Source of the DNA: a virus
Length of the DNA stretch: 64,000 nt
Reading direction: 5' to 3' (one strand)
Virus record (IMG/VR): IMGVR_UViG_3300011390_000002
Span: 3,719-67,718 of that record
Shown here in pieces: positions 18,236 through 28,202 of the stretch. Position 1 is the stretch's first letter, and each line of letters starts with the position of its first letter. The notes beneath the pieces are model-generated. The model worked only from the letters and a program-made list of their open reading frames with translations. It did not search any database and had not been told where the DNA came from. The position numbers and the translations under genes are program-made.

Positions 18236-18429
18236 AATTTTCCTTCTGTCGCACCTGCGTGAATCTCGAATACGACCCGCTCCAGTGCCGGACCTGTGAC
18301 GAGGGTTCCAACTATGAAAACAACGGCGAGGAAGACGAATACGACGCGGACCTGCAAAAGCTGCAGGCGCTCGATAAGTCCGACGAAGAAGACCAACCCA
18401 CGATCTGGCTGGAGCTCGAAGCCGCATGA
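18232..18429 (+). CDS. small Zn-finger acidic protein
   Basis: CRTC..CRTC; overlaps both neighbours by 4 nt. Confidence 0.6.
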   Translation: MKFSFCRTCVNLEYDPLQCRTCDEGSNYENNGEEDEYDADLQKLQALDKSDEEDQPTIWLELEAA

Positions 18430-19070
18430 ACGAATTCAAACCCACCCTCAAGCCAGTTGACTGGCTCAAGCCTTACGAGCTGAACGCCAAGACTCATGAC
18501 GACGCGCAAGTGAAGAAGATTGCCGCGTCCATCGAGCAGTTCGGCTGGAACACCGCCATCGTCGTGGAAGCCGATGGCACGATCATCGCGGGTCACGGCC
18601 GGCGGCTGGCGGCCATTTCCCTGGGTCAGACCCACGTTCCGGTCGTGGTTCGCGATGACCTGTCGAAAGAAGAGGCGCGGGCGCTGCGCCTGGCGGATAA
18701 CCGGGTTGCGCTCTCCGAGATCGACGCACGCGTTCTGCAGGAAGAACTCGCCTCGCTCGACTTTGACCTCGCAGGCATTTTCGATGCCAAAGAACTCGAC
18801 TTCATGACGGCGGACCTGAGCGATGTGAACGAGACACCGTTCGTCGAAGACTTGGACGCTGAGGTGCGCGAACAGGCGGCAGAGACGACCAAGAAGCTCG
18901 AGGCGACCGATGCGCGCGATGTGAAGCTCGATAAGGCGCTGGGCTTCAAGGCAATCACCGGCCGCGACGAAAAGCACGTGGCGCGCTTCATGGCGCTGAT
19001 CGAAGAACAGACTGGGTTGACGGGTGCCGACGCCTTTGTCGCGCATGCGAAAGCCGTGGTTTCCGCTTAA
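18426..19070 (+). CDS. ParB/Srx N-terminal domain protein
   Basis: LKPYELNAKTH..SIEQFGW..IIAGHGRRLAA..LRLADNR. Confidence 0.88.
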   Translation: MNEFKPTLKPVDWLKPYELNAKTHDDAQVKKIAASIEQFGWNTAIVVEADGTIIAGHGRRLAAISLGQTHVPVVVRDDLSKEEARALRLADNRVALSEIDARVLQEELASLDFDLAGIFDAKELDFMTADLSDVNETPFVEDLDAEVREQAAETTKKLEATDARDVKLDKALGFKAITGRDEKHVARFMALIEEQTGLTGADAFVAHAKAVVSA

Positions 19071-19088
19071 CCCTCGCATTAGTCAATA

Positions 19089-19598
19089 TTGAATATGCAA
19101 AATGATAACGATCCTGTGCGTGATGGCACTGCTGTCATTGGTAGCGATTGGGTGCTGGCTTCTGAGCCGGGACAAGCTTCAGCTCGAGCCGGCAGAGGTG
19201 CTGGCCGTGCTGATGCTGCTGGCGCTCCTCGACGAGTCCGAACGGTCGTGAAGCAGTTCGACCCGTATGTGGGCATGCCCCGCGCGATTCGGATCGGCAA
19301 CTTCAACTTCCTGGTGAAGCTTGTGAGCGTGGGCGAGTCCCAGGCGACAAACCGGCACGGCCTCATGTGCCCGGTGCAGCAGATCATCGCGATTTCGCCT
19401 GGCCAAAACGCGCAGAACCTCGCCGACACGTTCATTCACGAAGTAATCCACGCCATTCATTACCACTTCGACCTTCTGGACGACAACAACCAGGAGGAGC
19501 AGATCACCACGATGACCGCGCACGGGCTCTGCCAGGTGTGGCAGGACAACCCCAAGGCAATGGCGTGGTGGGCCGCTATCAACGCGCACGGCATCTGA
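19089..19598 (+). CDS. zincin-like metallopeptidase
   Basis: FIHEVIHAIH (HExxH). Confidence 0.65.
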   Translation: MNMQNDNDPVRDGTAVIGSDWVLASEPGQASARAGRGAGRADAAGAPRRVRTVVKQFDPYVGMPRAIRIGNFNFLVKLVSVGESQATNRHGLMCPVQQIIAISPGQNAQNLADTFIHEVIHAIHYHFDLLDDNNQEEQITTMTAHGLCQVWQDNPKAMAWWAAINAHGI

Positions 19599-19599
19599 C

Positions 19600-20262
19600 A
19601 TGACCACTTACACCATCAACCAACGCTTCACCGCCTCGGTTGAACGCACTGACCGGGTGCTGGAGGTCGCGGAAGCCTTCGGCCTGGGTCTGGACGACAA
19701 GGAATTCGTCGTTTTCGACAACCAGCCAATCGACATTCACCCGGGCGACGTCTGCTACGTGACGGGCCAGTCCGGCTCGGGCAAATCGACGGTCCTGCGC
19801 GAGCTCAAAAAGCTCATGGTCGAGGAGGGGCTCTCGGTCTGCGACATCGACGCGATCGAGTTCCAGGACAAGCCGCTCATCAACCAGATCGGCACCGATA
19901 CGAACGACGCGCTGCGCCTGCTCGCGATTGCGGGCATCTCGGACGCCTACCTGTATATCCGCAAGCCCACGGAGCTCTCGGACGGCCAGCGCTACCGGTT
20001 TCGGCTTGCCAAGCTCATCGAGTCCCGCGCCCAAGTCTGGGTAGCGGACGAATTCATGGCTGTCGTCGATCGCGACACCGCCAAGAACATCGCTTTCAAC
20101 ATGCAGAAGGTCGCTCGCACCGCCGGCGCCACGCTGCTCGTTGCCACCACCCATACGGATTTGCGTCAGGACTTAGCCCCAACTCTCTATATTGAAAAAC
20201 GGTATAGGGAAAAAATCGAAATCTGTTATTCGCCCGAGGGCTACCGGGATTCGGGGTGCTAA
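19600..20262 (+). CDS. stand-alone ABC-family ATPase
   Basis: GQSGSGKST, LSDGQRYR, WVADEF, TTH. Confidence 0.9.
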   Translation: MTTYTINQRFTASVERTDRVLEVAEAFGLGLDDKEFVVFDNQPIDIHPGDVCYVTGQSGSGKSTVLRELKKLMVEEGLSVCDIDAIEFQDKPLINQIGTDTNDALRLLAIAGISDAYLYIRKPTELSDGQRYRFRLAKLIESRAQVWVADEFMAVVDRDTAKNIAFNMQKVARTAGATLLVATTHTDLRQDLAPTLYIEKRYREKIEICYSPEGYRDSGC

Positions 20263-20264
20263 GC

Positions 20265-20876
20265 ATGAGTAAGAAGATTGGAATCTATCGCATCACCAAC
20301 ACGGTTGACGGCAAGTTCTACGTCGGCAGTTCGGTGGACATGGACAAGCGGTTTTATCTGCACAAGAACCAGCTTGGGCACGGCAAGCATCGCAACAGCC
20401 GACTGCAACGAGCCTGGTTGAAGCATGGCGCCGACGCATTCCAATTCGAAATAGTGGAGCTGGTCTCGAGCCGTGACGAATTGCTCGCGACTGAGCAACG
20501 CTGGCTCGACGAAACGAGGGCGGTAGAGCTTGGATACAACATCTGCTCGACAGCCCATCACCGGCTCGGCGTGAAAGCAACAGCGGAAACATTGGCTCGA
20601 ATGGCCGCCGCTCAACTGGGTAAGCGACACACCGAGGAGACGCGTGCGCGCATGTCGGCGGCAAAGACCGGGCAACCGAAGCCGCCTCGCACAGCAGAAC
20701 ATCGCGCAAAGATCGGCCTATCCCGGAAGGGCAAGGCCGCTTCGGAAGAAACGCGAGCGAAGTTGAGGGCTGCCCGTGCAAGACGCGCCCCCATGAGCCA
20801 AGAAACCCGAGAAAAGATGTCCGCCTCCATTCGAGCAGCACTGGCGGCAAAGAAAGCCCTATCACTGAATACCTGA
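20265..20876 (+). mobile_element. GIY-YIG homing endonuclease with NUMOD3-like repeats
   Basis: GIYRITN..KFYVGSS; repeated H/EETRARMS motifs. Confidence 0.9.
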
Positions 20877-20887
20877 AGGATACAAAG

Positions 20888-21238
20888 ATGCCGGTCATTA
20901 ACCCCACGAAACACACGTTCGACTTCGCCGTGCGGGAGAAGTCGAAGGAAGAAGCGGTCGTTGTCGCATTCACGGCGCCCTGGTGCGGTCCCTGCCGCGC
21001 ACTCAAGCCCAAGCTTGCGGCGCTTGCGGACGAGTGGGGTTTCACGCTCGCCGTGGTCGATGCGTCGGTTGAGCCGGAGCTGGCCGCGCTCTTTGGTGTG
21101 CGCGCTGTGCCGACAGTCCTCACGATCGAAAACGAGCTGGTGCGCGGGCGTTTCACGGGCGGGCGCACGGATGAAGCGATGCGCGAGTATTTCGCCTCGT
21201 TTGGCCTGAACGAAACCCAGATCAAGCTGGAGTTCTGA
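20888..21238 (+). CDS. thioredoxin
   Basis: FTAPWCGPC..FGVRAVPT. Confidence 0.9.
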   Translation: MPVINPTKHTFDFAVREKSKEEAVVVAFTAPWCGPCRALKPKLAALADEWGFTLAVVDASVEPELAALFGVRAVPTVLTIENELVRGRFTGGRTDEAMREYFASFGLNETQIKLEF

Positions 21239-21378
21239 CATGGAGCTGAGCTTCGCCGTGAGCTGCCCGCTGATGCTGATCATCGTGTTTGGATCCGTTG
21301 CCGTCGCCGTGCAGCGAAAGAAAAAGCGCGATGACGACGATCTCCCGCCCACAGGTGGGGTGCCGGCATGACCTCCGC

Positions 21379-21645
21379 ATGAGCGCGCTCTCCCTCCTGA
21401 TCCTGTTTGCGACCAGCTTCGGGTCAGTCTTTCTGCTCGGGATTCAGTCGAAGAACGTCAATCAGGGACGCTATATCGCGGCCATGGTGACGTCCTTTGG
21501 CATCAGCGTGGGTCAGTTCACCTTTGCGCACGCGGCAGCGTCTGGGACGCTCTCAGCGTTCGCGGCGAGCGCTGCCGGCGGCATGCTGGGAATCGCCGCC
21601 TCGATCGCGTTCTACAAACGATTCATGAAAAAGAAGCGGGCATGA
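21379..21645 (+). CDS. small membrane protein
   Basis: three hydrophobic segments, KKKR tail. Confidence 0.6.
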   Translation: MSALSLLILFATSFGSVFLLGIQSKNVNQGRYIAAMVTSFGISVGQFTFAHAAASGTLSAFAASAAGGMLGIAASIAFYKRFMKKKRA

Positions 21646-22568
21646 CCATCATCACCGACAACGCCGATCTGCTGATCGAGCGGCACCCGACCCCCAAGCG
21701 CCACATGCTGAGCCTGCTGCCCGAGATTTTCGTCGAGCGCGGCAACAAGGCGGACTGGGATCTGCTGCACGAGCTCCACTACAAGGCGGAGAACCTGCCG
21801 TTCGGGCCGAAGTTCTACCGGTGCGTGCTGCGCGACCAGACGATCGGCGTGGGCGTAATGACGGTCTCGAGCGCCATCTCGTCGGGCCGCAACGAGGTTT
21901 TCACGCACCTGCGACCCAACCGCGGCGGCACCGACACGAAGCTCATCAACAAGTATCGGCTGAACTGGATCAACGACAACGCCTGCACGAACTCGCGCCT
22001 GGTGCTCGACACCATGTATCGGGGCGCCGGGATCGCCTACCGCATGCAGAACATCATGATGCGCATGGCGGGCACCCGCATCGTCGAGTTCCAGTCCTCG
22101 ATGTCCAAGTTCAACCCGTTCGCAGCCAAAGCGGGCGTGCAGTTCGTCAAGCCGCGGCCGAGCCAGAAATACGAAGCGGGTCTCGCGTTCTTTAGGCGCT
22201 GGTTCGACTCGATCCCATCCGACTACGTGGGCGTGATGGAAGAGCTCGAGGCGATGCCTGCTGCCGTGCGGGAGAAGTGCATGACGGAGATGCGGGCGTT
22301 CTACTACCGCAATTCGAGCCGCGAAAAGTCGGGCAACAAGCGCTTTGACGCGAAGGAACGCATCGAGGCCATGTCGCCGAGCTGGTTGCTCAAGCAAATC
22401 CAGCAACTGGTGTTCGCAAGCCCCCTTTATGGCGTCTACCTGAATCCGGACTACGACACCGACCTGGGCGCGCCGCGGGAGCTCCCCGCACGTGTGCCGC
22501 TCCTCGCGTTCGACAACCAGCCATTGGACGCGCCCCTTGACCTCTCCAAGCTCCAGGGAGCCGTCTGA
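21642..22568 (+). CDS. GNAT-fold acetyltransferase (ABC-ATPase-associated phage type)
   Basis: LHELHY; SRLVLDTMYRGAGIA (motif A); SSMSKFNPFAAKAG. Confidence 0.75.
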   Translation: MTIITDNADLLIERHPTPKRHMLSLLPEIFVERGNKADWDLLHELHYKAENLPFGPKFYRCVLRDQTIGVGVMTVSSAISSGRNEVFTHLRPNRGGTDTKLINKYRLNWINDNACTNSRLVLDTMYRGAGIAYRMQNIMMRMAGTRIVEFQSSMSKFNPFAAKAGVQFVKPRPSQKYEAGLAFFRRWFDSIPSDYVGVMEELEAMPAAVREKCMTEMRAFYYRNSSREKSGNKRFDAKERIEAMSPSWLLKQIQQLVFASPLYGVYLNPDYDTDLGAPRELPARVPLLAFDNQPLDAPLDLSKLQGAV

Positions 22569-22879
22569 TGCACCTGACCGTCAAGCAAATCGAACTGCTC
22601 TCCGTGATCAACGCCGGCAACCCGGATGGGAGCGTGTGCGACCTGGATCAAGTCATCGAGCGGATCAACTACGAAACCACCAAGGCGTCGATCCAGTTCT
22701 CGATCCGCGCGCTGGTGAAGCACGGGCTGATTGAGAAGAAGGGCAAGGAGAAGCGAAGGGGCCGCCTGCGGGTGCTCATCTCCATTACCGCGACGGGTGC
22801 GCCCTATGTGGCAGTGAGAAAGGTCGCGGGGCCGGCGTATGTCGTCTCTGAAGCTGAAGAAATCTACGAGCCGGACTGA
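22568..22879 (+). CDS. winged-helix (MarR-like) DNA-binding protein
   Basis: LTVKQIELL..SIQFSIRALVKHGLIEK..ISITATG. Confidence 0.7.
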   Translation: MHLTVKQIELLSVINAGNPDGSVCDLDQVIERINYETTKASIQFSIRALVKHGLIEKKGKEKRRGRLRVLISITATGAPYVAVRKVAGPAYVVSEAEEIYEPD

Positions 22880-22953
22880 CTTGGGTCCGCTCCCAGTGAC
22901 TTGGGCTCCCACACCGCTCCCCTTATCTAATACATATCTCTAACAACTATGTA

Positions 22954-23346
22954 ATGAATAAAGAAGAAGAACACATTGATCAATGCTCGGCGGCACGGGT
23001 GATCGGCACGGGCACGGTGAGCCCCGCCCAGATCAACGCATCGATCGCGGCTGCTCTCGGCTTCATCGTCGAGATCCAGGACGGCATCGTGAAGTGCTGG
23101 GACCGGGAAAAGGGCATGCCGGACGAAACCAACTGGGTGCCGGGGCTCGACTTCGCGGGACGGGAAGTGCTCACGCTTGTCGCGCTCGCAAAACGCGAAA
23201 TCCCGGTCTCTACGCTGCCCAGCGATACGGGCGGGTGGGTTTGCTCGTTCGAGCTGAATGGCGAGCGTCTGAGCACGTTCCCGCAGCCCGAAGAAGCATG
23301 CGCGCTCGCACTCGCTCTCTACCACATTATTTGTCATGACTATTAG
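22954..23346 (+). CDS. hypothetical phage protein
   Basis: 130-aa ORF; INASIAAALG..ACALALALY pattern. Confidence 0.6.
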   Translation: MNKEEEHIDQCSAARVIGTGTVSPAQINASIAAALGFIVEIQDGIVKCWDREKGMPDETNWVPGLDFAGREVLTLVALAKREIPVSTLPSDTGGWVCSFELNGERLSTFPQPEEACALALALYHIICHDY

Positions 23347-23359
23347 TCAGAACTGACTG

Positions 23360-23388
23360 TTGACAAACGCCAAGGCGGCGGATACAGT
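23360..23388 (+). promoter_or_regulatory. sigma70 promoter for packaging/head operon
   Basis: TTGACA-17-TACAGT, abutting the palindrome at 23345-23358. Confidence 0.7.
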
Positions 23389-23420
23389 GGAGCCCTGTTT
23401 TCGTTTTCTCTCTCCGAAAT

Positions 23421-23448
23421 GGGCGCTCACCTCTGCGCCCTTTTTTTT
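23421..23448 (+). terminator. terminator-like hairpin in terS leader
   Basis: GGGCGC-8nt-GCGCCC-T8. Confidence 0.6.
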
Positions 23449-23476
23449 GAAGATTTGAAACGAGAAGGACTAGGTA

Positions 23477-24118
23477 GTGACGAAGGCACCTGTAGCAGCA
23501 GCACCGAAGACCAAGCACGCGCGCCTCACGCCCAAGCAATGGGCCGAGGCTGAAGCGCTTTGGGAGTCGGGCGAAGTCACACTCGCTGACCTGGCAGCAC
23601 GCTTTGGCAAGCACCGCTCGGCGTTCTCCGCTCACTTTGACAAGAAGGGCATCAAGCGCGGCGCGAAGAAGGCTGAACACGCGGCCGCCGTCAAAGAAGC
23701 CGTCACCACCGCCGCAATCGACGACGCCACCATCCTGGCCGCCCGGATCAAGGAGACCAAGGAAGAGCACTACAAGATGGCCTCGGGCTTGGCCAAGCTC
23801 TCCTGGAACGAGATCCTGCTCGCCAAACAGGATGGGCGGCCCGTTGCCACCGCACTGAACAACCTGAAGGCGCTCGACGCCGCGATGACTGTGCTCAAGA
23901 AGGCGCGTGAAGAGCGCTGGGCGGTGCTGGGTCTGGATCGCGAAGACGCGATGGATGAAGACGGTCTGCCGGAACTGATCATTAGCGAGCTGACGGCCGA
24001 ACAGATCGAGGCGCTGCGCTCGCGCGAGGAAGACGACGACCTGAAGCTGCCCGATGACCAGGCGGAGCTCGAGGCAGAGCTCGCCGATCTCGACGACGAC
24101 ATTATCGAGACCGAGTAA
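23477..24118 (+). CDS. terS: terminase small subunit
   Basis: N-terminal HTH, acidic tail, coupled to terL. Confidence 0.7.
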   Translation: MTKAPVAAAPKTKHARLTPKQWAEAEALWESGEVTLADLAARFGKHRSAFSAHFDKKGIKRGAKKAEHAAAVKEAVTTAAIDDATILAARIKETKEEHYKMASGLAKLSWNEILLAKQDGRPVATALNNLKALDAAMTVLKKAREERWAVLGLDREDAMDEDGLPELIISELTAEQIEALRSREEDDDLKLPDDQAELEAELADLDDDIIETE

Positions 24119-25386
24119 TGGCGGCCAAAGCAAGCAATCTGAGCCTGCACCCGAAACAGATGATGGTGTTTCAGGACAAGCGCCGCTTTCGCGTGGTCGT
24201 GGCCGGGCGCCGTTGGGGCAAAACCCAGCTCTCGAAAGTGCTGCTCATCAAATTCGCCCAGATCAAGCGGCGAAAGATTTGGTATGTGGCGCCCACCTAC
24301 AAGATGGCTAAGCAGATCATGTGGACCGATCTGCTCGAGGCGATCCCGAAGAAGTGGATCAAGAAGGTCAATGAGACCTCGCTCACCATCTACCTGCGTA
24401 ACGGCACCCGCATCGAACTGAAGGGTGCCGACAAGGCTGACTCGCTGCGCGGTGTGGGTATTCACTTCCTGGTGCTCGACGAGTTCCAGGACATGAGCGA
24501 GGAGACCTGGACGAAGGTGCTGCGCCCGACGCTTGCCGACACGGGCGGGCACGCCATGTTCATCGGCACGCCCAAAGCCTACAACTACCTGCACACCGTC
24601 TACATGATGGGCCAGCGCGGCGAGCAGTATGTGGACGCGAACGGGAAGCTACGCAACAACGAGTGGGCCTCCTGGCAGTTCCCGACGTTCACCTCGCCCT
24701 TCATCCCGGCGGGGGAGCTCGAGGCCGCCAAGCGCGACATGGACGACAAGTCCTACAAGCAGGAGTTCGAGGCGTCGTTCGAAACCATGAGCGGGCGCGT
24801 CTACTACCCGTTCGACCGGGCGATCCACGTCGGCAAGTATGCGTTCAACCCGCGCCTGCCGATCTGGGTTGGCATGGACTTCAACATCGACCCAATGTCC
24901 ACGGTCATTTTCCAGCTCCAGGAGAACGGCGAGCTGTGGGCGGTGGACGAGATCGTGCAGTTTGGATCCAACACCGAAGAGACGGCCGACGCGCTGGAGA
25001 AGAAATACTGGCGCCACCAGAAGCAGATGGTGATCTACCCCGACCCGGCGGGCGGCCAGCGTCAGCACGCGCGCGGTGAGACCGACCTCGACATCCTGCG
25101 CGAGAAGGGATTCAAGCGCATCAAGTTCCGCCGCAAGGCGCCGCTTGTCGCTGACCGGGTGAATGCGGTGAACCGGATGCTGCGCTCAGCCGACGGCGCG
25201 GTTCGCATGCGCATTGACGAGTCCTGCAAGCACTTCATCAAGTCGCTTGAGCAAACCATCTACAAGCCGGGCAGCCGGGATGTGGATAAAGCCGCCGGCA
25301 CCGAGCACAGCGCGGACGCCGCGGGCTACTGCATCGACCTCGAATTCCCGGTTCGCCGTCTCGCGACAGGTGGGCTTTCCATTTAA
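24118..25386 (+). CDS. terL: terminase large subunit
   Basis: AGRRWGKT, LRG..FLVLDEFQD, GMDFNIDP, HSADA. Confidence 0.95.
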   Translation: MAAKASNLSLHPKQMMVFQDKRRFRVVVAGRRWGKTQLSKVLLIKFAQIKRRKIWYVAPTYKMAKQIMWTDLLEAIPKKWIKKVNETSLTIYLRNGTRIELKGADKADSLRGVGIHFLVLDEFQDMSEETWTKVLRPTLADTGGHAMFIGTPKAYNYLHTVYMMGQRGEQYVDANGKLRNNEWASWQFPTFTSPFIPAGELEAAKRDMDDKSYKQEFEASFETMSGRVYYPFDRAIHVGKYAFNPRLPIWVGMDFNIDPMSTVIFQLQENGELWAVDEIVQFGSNTEETADALEKKYWRHQKQMVIYPDPAGGQRQHARGETDLDILREKGFKRIKFRRKAPLVADRVNAVNRMLRSADGAVRMRIDESCKHFIKSLEQTIYKPGSRDVDKAAGTEHSADAAGYCIDLEFPVRRLATGGLSI

Positions 25387-25423
25387 CTTGCATAACAGTC
25401 AATATTGACTAATAATCCAAGCC

Positions 25424-27055
25424 ATGCCAACGACGCTCAACACCAAGCATTTCACCACCGGCGAATCCGGCGTTCTCGATCCGAAAGAGGTCGATAGCGC
25501 GAGCGCCATGGGACTCACGCCGCCAGACGACGAGCAGAAGAAGCTGCGCGCGTTGATCAGCCGTCGGCATCCGGAATACGAAGAGAACATCAACCACTGG
25601 CAATTCCTCGAGTCGACCTACGAGGGCGGGCGCGAGTGGTTTGCGACCAACATCTTTCGCTACATCAAGGAAGGCGACAAGGAATTCAACGACCGCCAGG
25701 CGCGCGCCTACCGCTTTAACCACACGAAGGAAGTCGTCGATCTGTTGAACAAGTATCTGTTCAAGCAGGCGATCACCCGCAACGTGGACGACGCGCCGGA
25801 CTGCGTGAAGCAGTTCTGGCAGAAGGCCACGCGCAACGGTCTGGGCATTCAAGACCTGGCGCGTCAGATCGCCTCGCGCACCTCCCGCAGCGGTCGTATC
25901 GCCATCGTGATCGACAACCCGGCGGGCGCCACACCTCAGACGAAAGCCGATGAAAAGAAGCTGGGCGTGCAGACCTACGCCTACATCGTCGGCCCCGACC
26001 AGTTGCTCGACTACAGCTATGACGACGCGGGCGCCTTGAATTGGGCACTGCTGCAGGAAGCGGCGCGCGATGACGCGAACCCGCTCGACTCCAGTGGCCA
26101 GATCACGCAGCGCTTTCGGCTCTGGACCAAGACCGAGTGGCGTCTGTTCGAGCTGCAGGGCAAGGGCAAGAAGCAAAAGGTCGTGCAGATCGGGCAGGGT
26201 GCGCACAACCTCGGTGAAGTGCCGGTGATTCTCGCTGACCACGTGATTACCGACGAGCTTTACGTGGCGCCGTCGATGATTGACGACATCGCGTATCTGG
26301 ACCGGGCGGTGGCCAACTACCTCTCGAACCTCGACGCGATCATCCAGGACCAGACATTCAGCCAGCTCGCCATGCCAGCGCAGAACATGCTGCCAGGCGA
26401 GGACAGCTACACGAAGATGACCGAGATGGGCACCAAGCGTGTCTTCCTCTATGACGGGGAGGGCGGCGCCGCCCCGCAATACATCTCACCGGACCCCAAG
26501 CAGGCCCAAATGATTCTCGCGGCGATCCACAAGATCATCAACGAGATTTATCACACGTGCGGACTCGCGGGCGAGCGGACCAAACAGGACAACTCGCTCG
26601 GGATCGACAACAGCAGCGGTGTCGCCAAGGCATATGACTTCGAGCGAGTGAACGCTCTGTTGGCTGCCAAGGCGGACTCGCTGGAGGTGATCGAGAACAA
26701 GATCGCTCGGCTTGTCGCGCTCTGGAACGGCGCAGAAGACGAAGTGAAAGGACTGCTCGTCACCTACCCCGATGACTTTGACACGCGTGGCCTCTACGAC
26801 GAGTTCGACATTGCCGCCCGACTGATGCTCATCGACGCGCCGGTTGCACTGCGTCAGGAGCAAATGAAGGCGCTGATCGAAAAGCTCTTCCCGCAGATGG
26901 CTAAGGCGACCAAGGAACAGATCATCAAGGATCTGAAGGACTGGCCGCCGGTGGACCCGTTGCTCGACCCGAGCAACACCGCCGCGCAGCAAACCCAGAA
27001 GCTCTCCGACCGGGCCGTGGCTCAGGAATCACTCGCGACCAAATCGGAAGGCTGA
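25424..27055 (+). CDS. portal protein
   Basis: 543 aa directly after terL; YEGG..RY..E and SGVAKAYDF motifs. Confidence 0.85.
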   Translation: MPTTLNTKHFTTGESGVLDPKEVDSASAMGLTPPDDEQKKLRALISRRHPEYEENINHWQFLESTYEGGREWFATNIFRYIKEGDKEFNDRQARAYRFNHTKEVVDLLNKYLFKQAITRNVDDAPDCVKQFWQKATRNGLGIQDLARQIASRTSRSGRIAIVIDNPAGATPQTKADEKKLGVQTYAYIVGPDQLLDYSYDDAGALNWALLQEAARDDANPLDSSGQITQRFRLWTKTEWRLFELQGKGKKQKVVQIGQGAHNLGEVPVILADHVITDELYVAPSMIDDIAYLDRAVANYLSNLDAIIQDQTFSQLAMPAQNMLPGEDSYTKMTEMGTKRVFLYDGEGGAAPQYISPDPKQAQMILAAIHKIINEIYHTCGLAGERTKQDNSLGIDNSSGVAKAYDFERVNALLAAKADSLEVIENKIARLVALWNGAEDEVKGLLVTYPDDFDTRGLYDEFDIAARLMLIDAPVALRQEQMKALIEKLFPQMAKATKEQIIKDLKDWPPVDPLLDPSNTAAQQTQKLSDRAVAQESLATKSEG

Positions 27056-27132
27056 TCAACCCCGCCGGCCAAGTGATGCGCCGGCTTTTCTTTACCCACA
27101 CGACCTAGAGACTGGTCAAGGAACGAAACGAC

Positions 27133-28062
27133 ATGAATTACCTCTTGCGCAGTTTGATGCACCGCGTCTATCAAGCACCCGCCGGCGATGACGGTGGCGA
27201 GGGCGGTGGTGGAGCAGGTGGCGCCGACAAGATCGCCGCAGCCCTGGCAGCCGAAAAGGAAGCCGCAGCCGCTGCCGCCGCAACCAAGGAAGCTGAAGAT
27301 GCTGCCGCCGCGGCCGCTGAAAAGCTCAAGAAGGAAGGCGGAGGTGACGGTGGCCGCAAGCCCACCGACGAAGAAGCCAAGCTGCTCAAGGAAGTGATGC
27401 AGAAAAAGGGCGCGCTCAACGATGCGAATGCCGCATTGGCCGCAGCCCAGGAGCAACTGAAGAAATTCGAAGGCATCGATCCGGAAGCGGTGCGCGCGCT
27501 GCTCAAGGAAAAGACCGACGCCGAAACCGCGGCGCTCGAAGCGAAGGGCGAGTGGACGCGCCTGAAAGAGCGCATGGCAACCGAGCACGCCGCCGGCACG
27601 GCCGCGCTGCAGGCACAGATTGACGCACTGAAAGCGGACCTCGGCAAGCGTGACGGTCTGATCAACGACCTGACGATCGGCACGCAGTTCACGTCCTCGC
27701 AATTCATCACCAATGAGCTGGCGCTGACACCGGCCAAGGCACGCGTGATCTACGGCGAGCACTTCGAGCTGGTGGACGGCAAGGTAGTGGGCTACGACAA
27801 GCCGCGCAGCGCATCCGACCGGACCCCGATCGTGGACGCATCGGGCAACACGCTCTCGTTTGACGAGGCGTTCAAGAAGATCGTGGACGCGGACCCGGAA
27901 AAGGACTTCCTGCTCAAGAGCAAGGTGAAGTCGGGCGCGGGCTCCGCGTCGTCGGTGGCTGCTGCAAAAGCCGCCGGCACGGTCACGAAGGTGGACCCGG
28001 AAGTGACAGGCGTGTCGCGCATCGCCTCGGGTCTGAAGGGCTTGAATATCAAGCTTAACTGA
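27133..28062 (+). CDS. capsid scaffolding protein
   Basis: Ala/Glu/Lys coiled coil preceding the capsid gene. Confidence 0.75.
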   Translation: MNYLLRSLMHRVYQAPAGDDGGEGGGGAGGADKIAAALAAEKEAAAAAAATKEAEDAAAAAAEKLKKEGGGDGGRKPTDEEAKLLKEVMQKKGALNDANAALAAAQEQLKKFEGIDPEAVRALLKEKTDAETAALEAKGEWTRLKERMATEHAAGTAALQAQIDALKADLGKRDGLINDLTIGTQFTSSQFITNELALTPAKARVIYGEHFELVDGKVVGYDKPRSASDRTPIVDASGNTLSFDEAFKKIVDADPEKDFLLKSKVKSGAGSASSVAAAKAAGTVTKVDPEVTGVSRIASGLKGLNIKLN

Positions 28063-28202
28063 GCCTCTTTTTTGGGTCTGGATAACAGTCAGAACTGACT
28101 ATGCAAAGAAGCCGATTTATGCTATTGTGGCGTCCTATCGGTGACTAAAGCGACCTAGGCCCGAAACGAAACTGTTTCTTATCTTTTTTAAAAGGAAAAG
28201 CA

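Noticed and set aside
19600-20262. ABC transporter
   Set aside because: No permease or substrate-binding partner; the context is ParB/GNAT/terminase.
20256-20901. Group I intron carrying the GIY-YIG ORF
   Set aside because: Only 2 nt lie between the ATPase stop and the endonuclease ATG, and the relic follows immediately, leaving no room for a ribozyme core.
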